DNA of 63,953 nt, filler included, from Octopus bimaculoides (taxonomy: Eukaryota): the NCBI RefSeq assembly GCF_001194135.2. It is 7 parts of 6 records of this genome, joined end to end, with 100 filler letters (N's around TTAATTAATTAA, not from the genome) between each part and the next. Parts side by side here need not be neighbours in the genome. Positions count along the whole stretch, not along the records: positions 46,694 to 62,440 come from NC_068987.1; 6 more parts are not named here. One strand, given 5' to 3'. The notes beneath the pieces were generated by a model. It saw nothing but the letters and a program-made list of their open reading frames with translations, did no database searches and was not told the DNA's origin. Made by a program: the position numbers and the translations under genes. This document shows positions 47,673-60,301 of the stretch, in pieces. Each line of letters opens with the position of its first letter. Within the stretch, counting starts at the first letter, position 1.

Positions 47673-49254
47673 GTAAGTAAATCCAGTCGCCTTTTAATTG
47701 TTTTTATATAAACATATTTTATTGAATTTTTAGTTTAAAAGAAAATAATGATTGTTCACACGCTTAAAATAGATGAGAAAAAGAAAACAAATTTACTTAG
47801 CTAAATCAAAACACCGGACACATGCTTACCCACAACAAAAACCGACCTCAATAACTATAAACTCACAAAACAAAACCCAGTTTAAACTGATTTAACTAGT
47901 TTTTGTAGAAGCTGTATTGATGATCCGAAGGTCAGTATTGTGACAACGAGGTTGAAAAACATTGCATCAGTGTGTAAACACTGACATTAAGGCCTATTCA
48001 CAAACATGCGAGCGCTCGCGCTCATACACGCTTAGAGATGGGATGAGAGGGTGTAAGCGAAGGTATTTACCAGGACCCACCCATATCATTATTAAAAATA
48101 AAATTACAGAAAACACAATTCTTATAAGCGGTAGGTGCAGTTGTGTTTGTGTGTGCGTGTAACTGAGTTGTCTCAATGAAAACCTCCGCCCAGATTCACG
48201 CAGTTTTATGACACTTGATACTGTAATAACGAATTTACTTTGAAATATACACAATCTATAATTTTCTCTTCATGTTCATTTTTGCCTCCTCCCGATTCTA
48301 TACAGTCTTATACAAATGTGAAGCCCCCGTAAAAGTGAAAGTGCCGCCCCATAAAAGCGTCACCGGGGCAGACTGTCGCCATACTTTCCTCACTCAGCTA
48401 CGCTACTGTTTCCCCAAATTGTCTTGAAATGATAGGTTATGATTAACCGAAAGAGGAAATTAGTTGAATTAATGCTCTCTTTCAAACTTAAGGAATTTAT
48501 TGTTGGGACAGAGGTATAAGGTAAGAATTACGAGAACAGCAGTGGGGAAGATTCCTTTGTGAGATAAGAAGGTTTGCCCAAAAGACTCTGCACAGTGTTT
48601 TGGAGGTGAAATCTATTTAAGTTTATTAATACTGGCACGAAAATGTATTGAATATTATTCAAAACGACAAAGAAAAAAATAATGGGATTGGGTATTGGCA
48701 AGGTGAGTTTGCAAGGACATAAAGAACACGAGCGACAGAGTTGATAATGGAATGTTCGACTAACTTAGAGGCTGGTCGTTATATATTCTGTCACTGGTTA
48801 CGCAATGCGTTGTTATTATCGCTGTCGCTGTTCTTACAGCTGTTGTTGTTCCAGTCCGACTCTGATCAAACAGACCCAGGATCAATAATGTTCCGTATTG
48901 ACTTATTTTCAAACTTAATATGTTTAAAATTGCATTATGTAATGTCTTCTTTCTGGGTGGTAGGGAAGGAGGTAGCTTTTATTTTATTTAAAAAAAGATG
49001 TTTTGTTAGCTTTTACTTGTTTCAGTCGTTGGGCTGCGGCTATGCTGGGGCACTGCCCCGAAGGGTTTAGTTGAACAAATTGATCTTAGTACATACTTCT
49101 AAGTTTGGTACTGATTCTATCGGACCCTTTTGCCGAACTCCTAAGTTATAGGGTCGTAAACAAACCAACACCAGTTGCCAAGCACTGAGAGAAAGACAAT
49201 ACATACATGTGTGCGCGTGCACACACGCACACGCATCTTAAATCCTCACACTAA

Positions 49255-49480
49255 TCAGGCTGGTTACCTGTTTTCCATGGTGTACAAATGACTGAGATGA
49301 CAACATTTCCCCTGGATGGGAAGCCAGTCCATCACAGTCACTCATTGTAGCTGAGTGGACTGGAGCCAGTGAAATAAAGTGTTTAACTCAAGAACACAAT
49401 GCATCGCAGGGTCCAGGAAATGAAAACTCAGTCTCATGGTTGAGAGTGCAACTTCCTAAACACTAGGCCACTTGCCTTCA
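49255..49480 (-). mobile_element. Old tRNA-head SINE with a V-domain-like GATGGACTGGCTTCCCATCCAGGGG
   Basis: Minus-strand head GTGAAGGCAAGTGGCCTAGTGTTTAGG; the V-SINE resemblance is from memory. Confidence 0.5.
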
Positions 49481-49864
49481 CATCATAAACAATGCCAGCA
49501 TAAAATGATGATGATGGCAATGATGATGATAATGGTGATTATGACAACAACAATGTTGATGACAATGATGTGCCTATATATATGTATGTGTGTGTGTGTG
49601 TGTGTGGTGCAGCATGTGTCATGGAATCCAGTGTAACTGATCAGCCATAATCAGTCTGGCTTATGGTTATTCATTCCATTTCTGACAAATGCAGATTATT
49701 CCAGCTGACCACATCTTTGGATTAATTCAGAAATAACAGTTGTAGCCAAGTAGTGAAAATAGATCAGTCAAACATTGCTGTATAATCTATTTATTCATAT
49801 CTAGTCACTAATGGCTGGAGATGTTTTGGTTCAGCCATTTCGGCACCACTCCAGCGCCAAAAGA

Positions 49865-50100
49865 CGCAGGCACATGGCTTAGTGGTTAAGCTATTCGGCT
49901 TACAATGATAAAGCCCTGAGCTTGATTCCTGACAGTGTATTGTCACCTTGAGCAAGGTACTTTATTCCGGTCCACTCAGCTGTTAAGGATATACATGTCT
50001 GTGGAGTACTCAGCCACTTGCATGTTAATTTCATGAACAAGCAGTTCCATTGGTTGGATCGACTGGAACCCTTATTATGGTAACTGACAGCCTGCCAGTT
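49865..50100 (+). mobile_element. SINE family T-related, diverged (another copy at 51870-52175)
   Basis: GGCTTAGTGGTTAAG..TTGATTCCTG head, then TGTCTGTGGAGTACTCAGCCACTTG..ACTGGAACCC. Confidence 0.75.
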
Positions 50101-50606
50101 CCAGTGCTAAAAACGACTGTCACCAAAACAGGCTGATTGCCCAGTCAGCAGCACCAACATTCTCAGCCTCCATACAATGGCATTTAATTGTTGCATTCTA
50201 AGACTCTAGAATGAGAAATACACAAAAGACTGCTACAAAATTCCTGGCTGTAAATAGACTCAAAAATCTGCAGAACTTAAAATTAACCATTAACAATACT
50301 AAACATCTGTCAAAACCCTGTTAGAAAAGGCTTTGGCTGGCTCAAGGCTATCCTAGAAGACACTTGACTAAGGCACCAGGCTATCCTAGGAGACACTTGC
50401 CTGTTTCTCAACATTACAACCAAACCTCAATTAAGTAATCCACAGATACACATACCCTTAACAAAGTCCTACTGTATGGCACCTTGGGCAAGTGTCTTCC
50501 ATGACAGCCTTGAGCCAGCCAAAGCCTTGTCCATAAACAAAATCTAACTGAAAGAGACCCATATATAATTTTATTTTATTTTCTCTCCCTGTTTATTTCT
50601 GTGTTC

Positions 50607-50642
50607 CTTTCTATTGAAGAGCATAGGCTCGAAATGTAAAAG
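50607..50642 (+). ncRNA. Hammerhead-like motif in Penelope-tail-like repeat 50575-50745
   Basis: CUUU-CUAUUGA-A-GAGC-auag-GCUC-GAAA-UG-U-A-AAAG; same family as 33088-33124. Confidence 0.45.
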
Positions 50643-51539
50643 ACTTTCTCACTTCCCCAAGCATTAAACTAATACATCTGTTTGTTTACAAACCCGTCTT
50701 TGTCTTTTGTTTTCTTTCTTTTTGTAAATTCCATATATATATGTAAATATATATATATATATATANNNNNNNNNNNNNNNNNNNNNNNNNNNNNNNNNNN
50801 NNNNNNNNNNNNNNNNNNNNNNNNNNNNNNNNNNNNNNNNNNNNNNNNNNNNNNNNNNNNNNNNNNNNNNNNCAAAACTACAAAGGATTCCGCAGTACAC
50901 GTGTTTCAAGCTTTATATGTGTATAATTTACAATATAAAGCTATCCTCAGCCGCAAAAATTATTTCTCTCCCAGGAAATTATACCACATCGGCGTTAAAG
51001 TAGGAAGAAAGGTGTGATGTAAGAGGTGAAGATCCTTTCAGTATTATGTATAGTACTATACCTCGTATAATTCTCCACCCACACATAATCTCTCCGGTCC
51101 TCCAAAAACCTTCCATACCTTGCCACGTAGCTTTTAAACTAGTATATAGCTTTTAAGCATCTGACCCCGAATGGGAAGATCTGCAAACAGATCTCTGACT
51201 TGCTTTCCCCAGAGTCATATCCCAAGGATGATCATGTCTGTTGCTAAAGATCATGTAAAAAAAGAACTCCACAAACAATCGCAGTTATGAAAACATAGGG
51301 ATCCAAAATTTCAGGATTACAGGTCCAGGTTCGGCCTAGAATGTTTTAAATTTACTCATGGAGTTAGCTTTTAAATTATAAAAATTGTTATTGTACAAAA
51401 AAGAATTGTTGCAAAAAATCATGTAAAAAATTCGCTGAAAACAATCACGGTGATGAAAACTCGGGAATCCAAAATTTCAGGATTGTTGGTCTGGATTCAG
51501 CCCAAAATGTTTTTGCTGGGAGAGCAATGCCTGTCATCA

Positions 51540-51820
51540 CCACAGATGGAGAAAGCAGTTTAAGGAGGGGGTTGACACCTTTGAGTGAGAGCACATATTC
51601 TGTATGAAAAACTTAAGTGTGCTGCTCGAAAGCGCACTGCTGGTGTAATGAATGGGGAAAGCTTGGTTTGCAATGTTTGCAGTCGTGTATGCTTGTCAAG
51701 AGCAGGGCTCATTAGCCACCAACGAAGCCACAAATGCAAAATATAAGTTAGTCCTAGAGCGCACAATGTTACCAAGGGTCAGCAATGGTCTTCCTCGATC
51801 ACGAGTGGACGGCCATCGTG
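51540..51820 (+). mobile_element. RTE (BovB-like) 3' end with C2H2 finger
   Basis: WRKQFKEGVDTFE..LVCNVCSRVCLSRAGLISHQRSH. Confidence 0.75.
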
Positions 51821-52314
51821 TGTATGTATGTGTGTGTTTGCTTGCATGAATGTGTGTATGTATGTAAGCAAAGGTGCATTGCTTAGTGGTTAGGGTATTC
51901 GGCTTATGATCATAGGGTCATGAGTTCGATTCCTGACAGTGTGTTGTGTCTCTGAGCAAGACACTTTATTTTTTAACTTTGCTTCATTCCACTGAACTGG
52001 CAAAGATGAGCAGTATCTGTTATTTCAAGGGGCCAGCCTTGTCACATTCTGTGTCACACTGAGTCCCCCTGAGAACTACATTATGTGTCTGTGGATTACT
52101 CAGCCACTTGCCCATTAATTTCACGAGCAGGCTGTACCAATAGATCAGATCAACTGGAACCCTGACAGTGCCAGTATATAGTGTATGTAGGTCATTGTTC
52201 AGTTTTATTTCAAGATTTTCTGCCAATAGAGAAAGAACCGGTTTCTAACCTAGATCCAAGGTTCCTTCATTGGAATTTCAACATCAACAACAGGATATTT
52301 TTGTTTATATTTTT

Positions 52315-53135
52315 GTATGTATGTATGCATGTGCAGATTTGTATGCTTTATGCATCTATTCTCATGCATAGAGTTGCATATCTAGACATGCTCATTTATA
52401 TTTAAATGATAAACTTCTGGAAAGTTTTACAGATTTTTACAGTTCCAGTGATGGATTGGACCTGTAGCCTTCGAATTAGCTTTCTCCTTTCTGGTTTTGA
52501 GAAGCCTAATTTCTCAAGATTTGTATTTAGGCAGTGTGTTACATATCCCAGGGCCCCAATAATTACAGGTATAAGCCTGAACTTGTAATCTGGATAGAGT
52601 AACTTCAGACTTCTTAATAGTTCAGTATATTTATTCTGTTTTTCACTGATCTTCAGCTTTATGTTAACATCCACTGGGCAGCTAATTTCCACAACTGTAC
52701 ACAGTTTCTCTTCTCTATCCCAAATCATTATATCAGGTTTGTTGTGCTTTCATTTTATTGAGGTCTTCACTGGTACATTCCACTAGTACTCCTTTTTATT
52801 ATGAGTGGCTATGGTTTCTGCCATATTGTGGGTTTTTATATCTTTGTCCTCAGGTTTATCCTTTCAACAGATTTCATTATAGAGTGTCCTAGCTACAATG
52901 TCATGTCTCATCGGTAGATAATACCGTGGTGACATTTTCGGACAACTGCTTATGATGTGGGTGATATCTTCAGTGTGAACTCCACAAAGTCTGCATTGGT
53001 TGTCACATTTTACGGCTTTTCCCACATATCTTATCCCTTTTGTGCATCAGGTATTTGGTTGGTATTTCCTGTTCCTGGATTGCAAACGCATACCCTTCAA
53101 AGTGGGAGGTAGTAATCCGGCCATGATAAACTGCT
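52315..53135 (-). mobile_element. Second RLE-type (R4/NeSL-like) LINE 3' fragment
   Basis: AIQEQEIPTKY..QCRLCGVHTEDITHIISSCP..RHD..KPDIMIWDREEK..VEISCP..EK..KY..IPVIIGALG..CKTFQKFII*. Confidence 0.85.
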
Positions 53136-53653
53136 GTATATATATGTATGTGTGTATATATGTATATATGCGTGTGTGTATATATGTATGCATGCGTGTG
53201 TGTATATATGTATGCATGCGTGTGTGTATATATGTATGCGTGTGTGTATATATGTATGCATGTGTGTATGTATGCATGTGTATGTATGCATGCATGTGCA
53301 TGTATGCATTGTGTGTATGTATGCATGCGTGTGCATACATGTATGCATGCATGCGTGTATGCATGCATGTGTGTATGCATGCATGCATGTGCGTGTGTGT
53401 ATGTCTGTTGCTTTGTCTAGGCACTGTGATGGTTGTAAACAATCATCACCATCGTACAAGCAATGGCTTTCATTTCCAGTCTTCTGTGAAAACATGTCTG
53501 GCCATGGAGAAATATTACTTTGGTTGCTTCAACAAATTTTGTCTGACCCATGCAAGTATGGAAAAGTAAGCATTAAATGATGTTGGTGAACACTTTTAAT
53601 ATTAAAGTTACAAATAATTGTAACTTTTAATTATAGCAATAAAACTGAATGTA

Positions 53654-54256
53654 CAAGGGTGAGTCAAAAGGTAATGCGATTTTGTTTAGGACAGGTATAA
53701 TTACCAACACAGGAACATCTATCGTACATCAAAATGAAGCTGGTCCTCTGTGGATCACATCCCTACTTCTCAACATAGTCACCGTTTCTCTCAATAGCAA
53801 TGTTCCACCTTCGAATGAGAGCACGCATCCCTGCCCCGTAAAATTCTGTTGACTGTTCTTTGAGCCACTTCTTGACTACAGTTTTCACTTCCTCGTCACT
53901 GGAATAATGTTTGCCTCTCAAACCCTCTTTCATGGCGCCAAAGAGATGATAGTCTGAAGGCACTAAATCTGGTGAGTGTGGAGGTAGTGAAGAAGTGGCT
54001 CAAAGAACAGTCAACAGAATTTTACGGGGCAGGGACACGTGCTTTCAGTCAAAGGTGGAACATTGCTATTGAGAGGAACGGTGACTATGTTGAGAAGTAG
54101 GGATGTGATCCACAGAGGACCAGCTTCATTTTGATGTATGATANNNNNNNNNNGTGATCCACAGAGGACCAGCTTCATTTTGATGTATGATACATGTTCC
54201 TGTGTTGGTAATTATACCTGTCTTAAACAAAATGGCATTACTTTTTTGACTCACTC
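53654..54256. mobile_element. Mariner-derived foldback with two inverted copies of the element's 3' end
   Basis: TA-flanked. Arms 53654-53879 and 53984-54256 are reverse complements. Minus ORF PSDYHLFGAMKEGLRG..ERNGDYVEK* is the mariner transposase C-terminus. Confidence 0.88.
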
Positions 54257-54308
54257 TATTAAAAATTAATGACTTTCTTTTGCAGGTTTTGCCAGTCAAA
54301 GAGAGAAA

Positions 54309-54426
54309 ATGACGTTATCATTGTCAGAAATAGAGAAATATATCCAAAAATTGTGCCAAACCAAACGAATAAGAATCCAACAGTTTTTTCAAGACTATGA
54401 TTCCCTGAGGTCAGGTTATGTGACAG
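54309..54426 (+). CDS. EF-hand-repeat protein (FAP115/CFAP115-like), coding exon 1
   Basis: Acceptor ttttgcag at 54285; MTLSLSEIEKYIQKLCQTKRIRIQQFFQDYDSLRSGYVT; donor G|gtaata, phase 1. Confidence 0.88.
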
Positions 54427-55058
54427 GTAATAATCGTTTGTAATTTTTAGCATAAAACCATCAACCCCAGTACTTGGACTAATTTATCAACCCTGGAACA
54501 ATGAAAGGCAAAATTGCCTTTGGTGGCATTTGAACTTAGAACACAAACTGGAAGAAATGCTGCCAAGTTTTTTAGTTATGTCATATGAATTTGAAATGTC
54601 TCTCAAAGTTTCTGAATTCTTATGATGTCAGCAATTTATAATTCTCATTGGTAATGGACAGAGAAATTTGAAGGATTTCTTTGGTCCAATGGTAGAATGT
54701 CTATCACACTTACAGGAGATGTGGGTTCAAGTCCCATGGCAATGAGTTGATTGCTTAATTTCAGTGGAGTATAAATACCTATAATGGAGACACTTAAAAG
54801 AAATAAAATTCTTTTAGAATCAAACTTATAAATTTCCCAATAGGCAAATGGATATATTATTTATATCCTACAATGAACTACAGTACCTGTGATTCACCTG
54901 CCATCATTGAAAGACACTATGCAATATTTTCTATAAGTGTTTCATTTTGTTCACTTCCTTTTTCATATGAATCAACCCTCGTCTTTGTTTGTATAGATCA
55001 TGGTGTACCTATGCGTGTAGATACATGTGGGTACATACATACATACATAACTACATAC

Positions 55059-55097
<39 letters not shown>

Positions 55098-55380
55098 CAG
55101 TGATGGATTCAAGGGTTTCATTTATTTACAAGTTGTTTTCTTAATTTCATCATTCTTAGGCTTCTAATCCTCTTTCAGTCAAACACAAAACTTAATTCAG
55201 TTCAATTAAAAAGTATGAGAAAGCCATGCATTGTAAGCCATATTATAATTTGTGAAAAACTTTATCTGTGCACAGGGGATGCATCACCCCAGCCTTTTTA
55301 TTTGTCATTTATAGTTTTTTCTACTTCGAGTTCCATCCTTAAAAACATTATTTTTTTTTTCCTTGTCTTTTATTTATTAG

Positions 55381-55600
55381 AAACTCAATTTTTCCGATGT
55401 CTCTGTCAGACACTTAATATTACACTGAGCAAAGATGAAGAAAATATTCTTTCTGAAAAATATGACTTTCGAAGAAATAAGACTGTTAACTACCGAGAAT
55501 TTTGTTCCACCATAAATAAACCAATCAAGGAAGACATGGATTCCAATGAACAGTCTGAAATATATCAACATAAACAACAACAACAACAACAACAACCAGT
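55381..55600 (+). CDS. EF-hand-repeat protein, coding exon 2
   Basis: tttattag|; ETQFFRCL..YDFRRNKTVNYREFCSTI..KQQQQQQQPV; |gtgagt, phase 1 to 2. Confidence 0.9.
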
Positions 55601-56049
55601 GTGAGTGTTTCAGTTGATTATAATCAATTGTATCATTTTTCATGTATGTCTTTGTGAAGATTGTTTTATCTAATGAGCTTTAATTAATTTTGCTAATGTG
55701 ATCATAAAAATATGCCCACTATCCTCTTTAAAGTGCTTGGTGAACAAGGGAAGATAACTTAAGTTTGGGTGAACTCTTTAGTCTTGCTGAGAACATGTCA
55801 ATCTCTCTTGTGCTGGTGCCGCAATAAAATGCGTTCAATATATATATTTTTCAAGGGTTGGTGTGAGGAAGGGCATCCATTTGTACAAACCATTTCAGAA
55901 ATGTGTGTGTGATGGATAGAAAGTAATACATAAATGAACATAACTTGTTTTATGAATTGACATAGGTATTCATGTTGTACATGTTGGCAGAGTAACTCTT
56001 CTTCCAGTTCTTCTTCATAACAGACAAATAATGCGTTGCAAGTAGAAGC

Positions 56050-56830
56050 AAGTTTTTGCTTTTGCTTGCAACATCATCATTGAGTTTTTGATAATGAAAG
56101 GATGCTGGCTGTCCACATTCACAGAATGTTACAGGTTGTTTACGGAAATGACACCATTGACAAGAGTAATGTGTACAGATGTGTAAAAGAACTTCAAGAA
56201 AGAGAAGTCAGCATCAAAGATCAATCGTTCAGTGAGAGACGATCAACTACAACCACTGAATCAAATCCTGAGTCATGTACATGAGCTTGCTGCACAACTG
56301 GGTTGTAGTCAGAATGCAATATAAAAAACGGGGAAAGACTTTGGATATTGGAAATCGTGTTCAAAGTGGATACCATGACAACTGATACCCAATTTGAAAA
56401 GAGAGAAAGGTAGTTGTTGCACTGATCTGCTGGAAGCATTTGAAGCTGATGAAGACATTTTTTTCTGATCTGGTAAAACAGGGGAATATCTTTATGATCT
56501 GGAAACAAAAGCTCAATCCATGGAATGATATCACACTTCTTCACTATGGTTAGGGATGTCCAAGAGCCAGCAATCCGTATTAGACATGGTGATTGTTGTT
56601 TTGCTTTGATAACTGTGTCATTCTCTTTGATTTTCTGGAACATGGCAGCACTTTGGACAAACAAGTAGTACATTGAGACAATCAAAAAGCTCAGAGAAGC
56701 CGTTTGGAGGAAGAGACCGAGCAAGCATCTGTAAACAGTCCACATCAAGACAATGCATGACCCCAAACATCCTTGGCAATAACATCCAACCAATAAACAG
56801 GGCAGAAGAGTAATTCTCCATTCACCATCC
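56050..56830 (+). mobile_element. Decayed mariner transposase
   Basis: IHRMLQVVYGNDTIDKSNVYR..(HTH) and ..HQDNA.P (second catalytic Asp), with many stops. Confidence 0.8.
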
Positions 56831-57292
56831 AGGCGATTGTCCTACCTTCACAACCATATTGTGTTTCACATACTTTTATTTATTTTTCAATTAACTAATT
56901 ATAATTATCTAATTTTTGTTCATTTCAGTCAATTAATCAATCAATCAATTGTTTAATCAATGTTTTATATATTTTGTATGACTGCTACATAAAGTGCTGC
57001 AATGTTGTTGTTGTCATCGTTGTTGTCCTCTGTCTCATCACTCCTTTCTCTCCTCTCCACATCCTCTGCATCCTCTCAGGCTAATTCTAATTGAGGGACC
57101 CCTACCTTCACTCCCTTTCTTTACATCTTTAGTCTGATTATATGTTATCCAATGTGTTCTTTTGTAAGTCAGTAGGACAAGCTTTGAGGGTGAATTGGCT
57201 CATAAGTGATCACCGTGCAACAACTAAAGAAAATAGTCTAATAATGGGGTATATAAACACTCAATGAAAAAAGTAGGTTTTCCTGTATGCGT

Positions 57293-57331
<39 letters not shown>

Positions 57332-57760
57332 TCATATACATATATATTATAAACAAAGATTCATAAATATATCTCCTATAGTTTTATTTCAACTTTTTTT
57401 CACAGCACCCCCAAACAGGCTGTGACTCTTTTTTACCTCCAATAACAGAGAATAATTGACATTTTTTCCAAACCTGTCATCTCTGAGAAGCACAGTGTTA
57501 GTTAACCATTCTGTTATCTAACATCTGGTTACCTAATATCCACTGCAAAACTCACTGGTAAGATTGGTGGAACTGGATCTATAATACTTCATACTTTGAT
57601 TTGTATGTTTATATACAAATATACTTAAACATATGTACATGAATACTTCACTGATTTGTTAAAACTTTTGATGAAAAATAAGGATTAAAATAAGTGGGGA
57701 AAATAAATGAACGAGCCAATTTGTCTCCCAACCCTATAAACATCTTCCATATTCTTTCAG

Positions 57761-57896
57761 AGCACCAACAAAGCAATCTACATTTGATCAGATTTTATCT
57801 CGGTTAGCTACTTATTATAATCTTTATGGCTTGTCAGTAAAAAGAGGCTTTGAAGATTTTGATATACTCAGTAAGGGCACTGTTACAGAAAGTCAG
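57761..57896 (+). CDS. EF-hand-repeat protein, coding exon 3
   Basis: ctttcag|; APTKQSTFDQILSRL..KRGFEDFDILSKGTVTESQ; CAG|gtgagt, phase 2 to 0. Confidence 0.9.
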
Positions 57897-58290
57897 GTGA
57901 GTTCTTCAAGCATTGAAATTCTTTGAAAAATATCTTTTCTTTCTTGTTTAAGTTTTTATTGTTTCTTTGTTGTTTTTCTTCACTTTTTTGCTTTTTGCTT
58001 TCTTCTTAGTCTTTAACAAAAGGAGATAATGGTTATTTATATTTGTATGAATACCTAAACTTAGATGGGGAGTGGGGTCAAAGGGTCATACAATCAATGA
58101 AGTTGACTTCACTCATTGACTGCTATTCATTTCATAGACCTTAGGATAGATTGCAAGGCCGTATGGTAAAGAAATTTGTTTCACTATCATGACCATGCAG
58201 TGCAGGAAAAACCAAATTCACCTATCTTAGGAGCATGGGTGAAACAATAGCTGAAAATAATGGGTAAGACAGAGGCTAGCACAGTATATA

Positions 58291-58447
58291 AGTGCAGGAG
58301 TGGCTGCGTGGTAAGAAGATTGCTTCTCAACCACATGGTTTTAGGTTCAGTCCCACTGTGTGGCATATTGAGCAAGTGTCTTCTACTTTCGCCTCAGGCT
58401 AACCAAAGCCTTGTGAGTGGATTTGGTAGACAGAAACTGAAAAAAGC

Positions 58448-58452
<5 letters not shown>
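58291..58452 (+). mobile_element. SINE family C, 5' half
   Basis: GCAGGAGTGGCTGCGTGGTAAG..GGTTCAGTCCCACTG..GGTAGACAGAAACTGAA. Confidence 0.85.
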
Positions 58453-58488
<36 letters not shown>

Positions 58489-58494
58489 ATATAT

Positions 58495-58790
58495 AGGGTT
58501 ATTCAAAAAAAAATCAACCGATTTCATTATGCAATATTTTCATAAGGAAAAGCAAAAGAAAACTCCAGCTAAGTCACAAATATTTACTCACTATCAACTT
58601 TTATTTCCTGTCTCACAAGTGTTCAATGTGGCCACCACCTGCAGCACAGGCAACATCAATGCGATACGACAATTCCTCTCAGACGTGTATCAGCATATCA
58701 CAATCCACTGAGTTGATCACTGTTGTTATTCAATGTTTAAGGTCATCCAAGTTAGTGAGTAATAGTGGTGTTTTTTTAAATGGAAAAGTG
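58495..58790 (-). mobile_element. Tc1/mariner-superfamily 3' relic
   Basis: DMLIHV*EELSYRIDVACAAGGGHIEHL* terminus. Confidence 0.7.
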
Positions 58791-59444
58791 CCCCAGTGAT
58801 GGATTGGACAGAAAGGGGCCCAAAACCTTGCTCTTTTTGCTTGGACTACAAGATCCCCAGACCTCACACACACACACACAAATATGTAATGGGAATATCA
58901 AATATATGTAATTATGGTTTTTAGAATAATAAATTATGATAATAATTTATTATTTAACTATAATTTCTAGGTTGTAACTGGGTGACTTATAATAAATTTC
59001 TTAAGTGATTAAACACTTTAATGACATCTCAATCTATCTTAATAATGTAAAGTAGGAACGTTTTTTAGCTTCTAGGTTAAAGTAATCATATTGAAATATC
59101 GTTTAAGCTAACTGATGGATATTTTGTTTTGTTTTTTTTTCAACACATTACACACACACACATATGCACATGCACACACACACAAATGCATTAAACAAGC
59201 TTGCATTTACATATGCATAAGTAACAGTTTTTTAAATCCATTGGTTGCTGAAAAATACATATGAGTCTGTCAAGGGTCAAACAAAACATCGGAATGTAGC
59301 TCCCTTCTATTAATTTTGTTCCCCTGATGAAATACCCAGTTAACAATATTCAATATGAAAATTTAATTTAATTTTATTTTATTTCTCAAATTGGTTTAAT
59401 TGGAAACAATTTTAGGTGAAATAGAGTTTGACATTGCTCTTTTA

Positions 59445-59643
59445 CTCTTTTACATTTGACTGTGGCTATGCTGGAGCACCGCCTTTTATTCGGACAAATC
59501 GACCCCTGGACTTATTCTTTGTAAGCCTACTACTTATTCTATCAGTCTCTTTTGTCGAACCGCTAAGTTACGGGGACGTAAATACACTGCCATCGGTTGT
59601 CAAGCAATTTTGTGGGGGACAAACACAGACACACAAACATATA

Positions 59644-59713
<70 letters not shown>

Positions 59714-59875
59714 TATATATACGACAGGCTTCTTTCAGTTTCCACCTACCAAATCCACTCACAAGGCTTTGGTCGGCCCGGGGCTATAGTAGAAGACACT
59801 TGCCCAAGGTGCCACACAGTGGGAATGAATCCGAGACCATGTGGTTGGTAAGTAAGCTACTTACCACACAACCAG
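59445..59875 (-). mobile_element. SINE family C, near full length
   Basis: Complete family C body with internal (TA)n/(CA)n. Confidence 0.88.
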
Positions 59876-60106
59876 AATTGTATTATTTTCTAATAAATTG
59901 ACGTCTATATGTCAGTTTCTCCATTTTTCTTTTTGTCGTACATAAAAAATAGCATTCCCGCATCCATCAATGCGAAGCTAACATCTTTGGTCTTTCACTG
60001 ACACATTGGATAAAACTGGGGAACTTGAATGCTGACATGTGTGTGTGTGTGTGTAGCAGGTATATATGTTTGAAGATATGATTATGTATACATATATATT
60101 TTTCAG

Positions 60107-60301
60107 TTCTATCGCAATTTACCAATTCCTCCTGATATTAGTGAAACTGATCTCAAATTCTTGGTGCAAACTTATGCGGAAATTAGTGAGCCAGGCTACA
60201 TAAATTATAACAAACTTGACATTGATGTAAAAAAATGTCAAGAAGCCAAAGAAGCAGCCAAAGAATTTCCTGTTCCTCCACAGTCTGAAACTGTTACCAA
60301 G
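60107..60301 (+). CDS. EF-hand-repeat protein, coding exon 4
   Basis: ttttcag|; FYRNLPIPPDISETDLKFLVQTY..GYINYNKLDIDV..TVTK; AAG|gtaaga, phase 0 to 0. No stop, so the gene continues. Confidence 0.9.
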
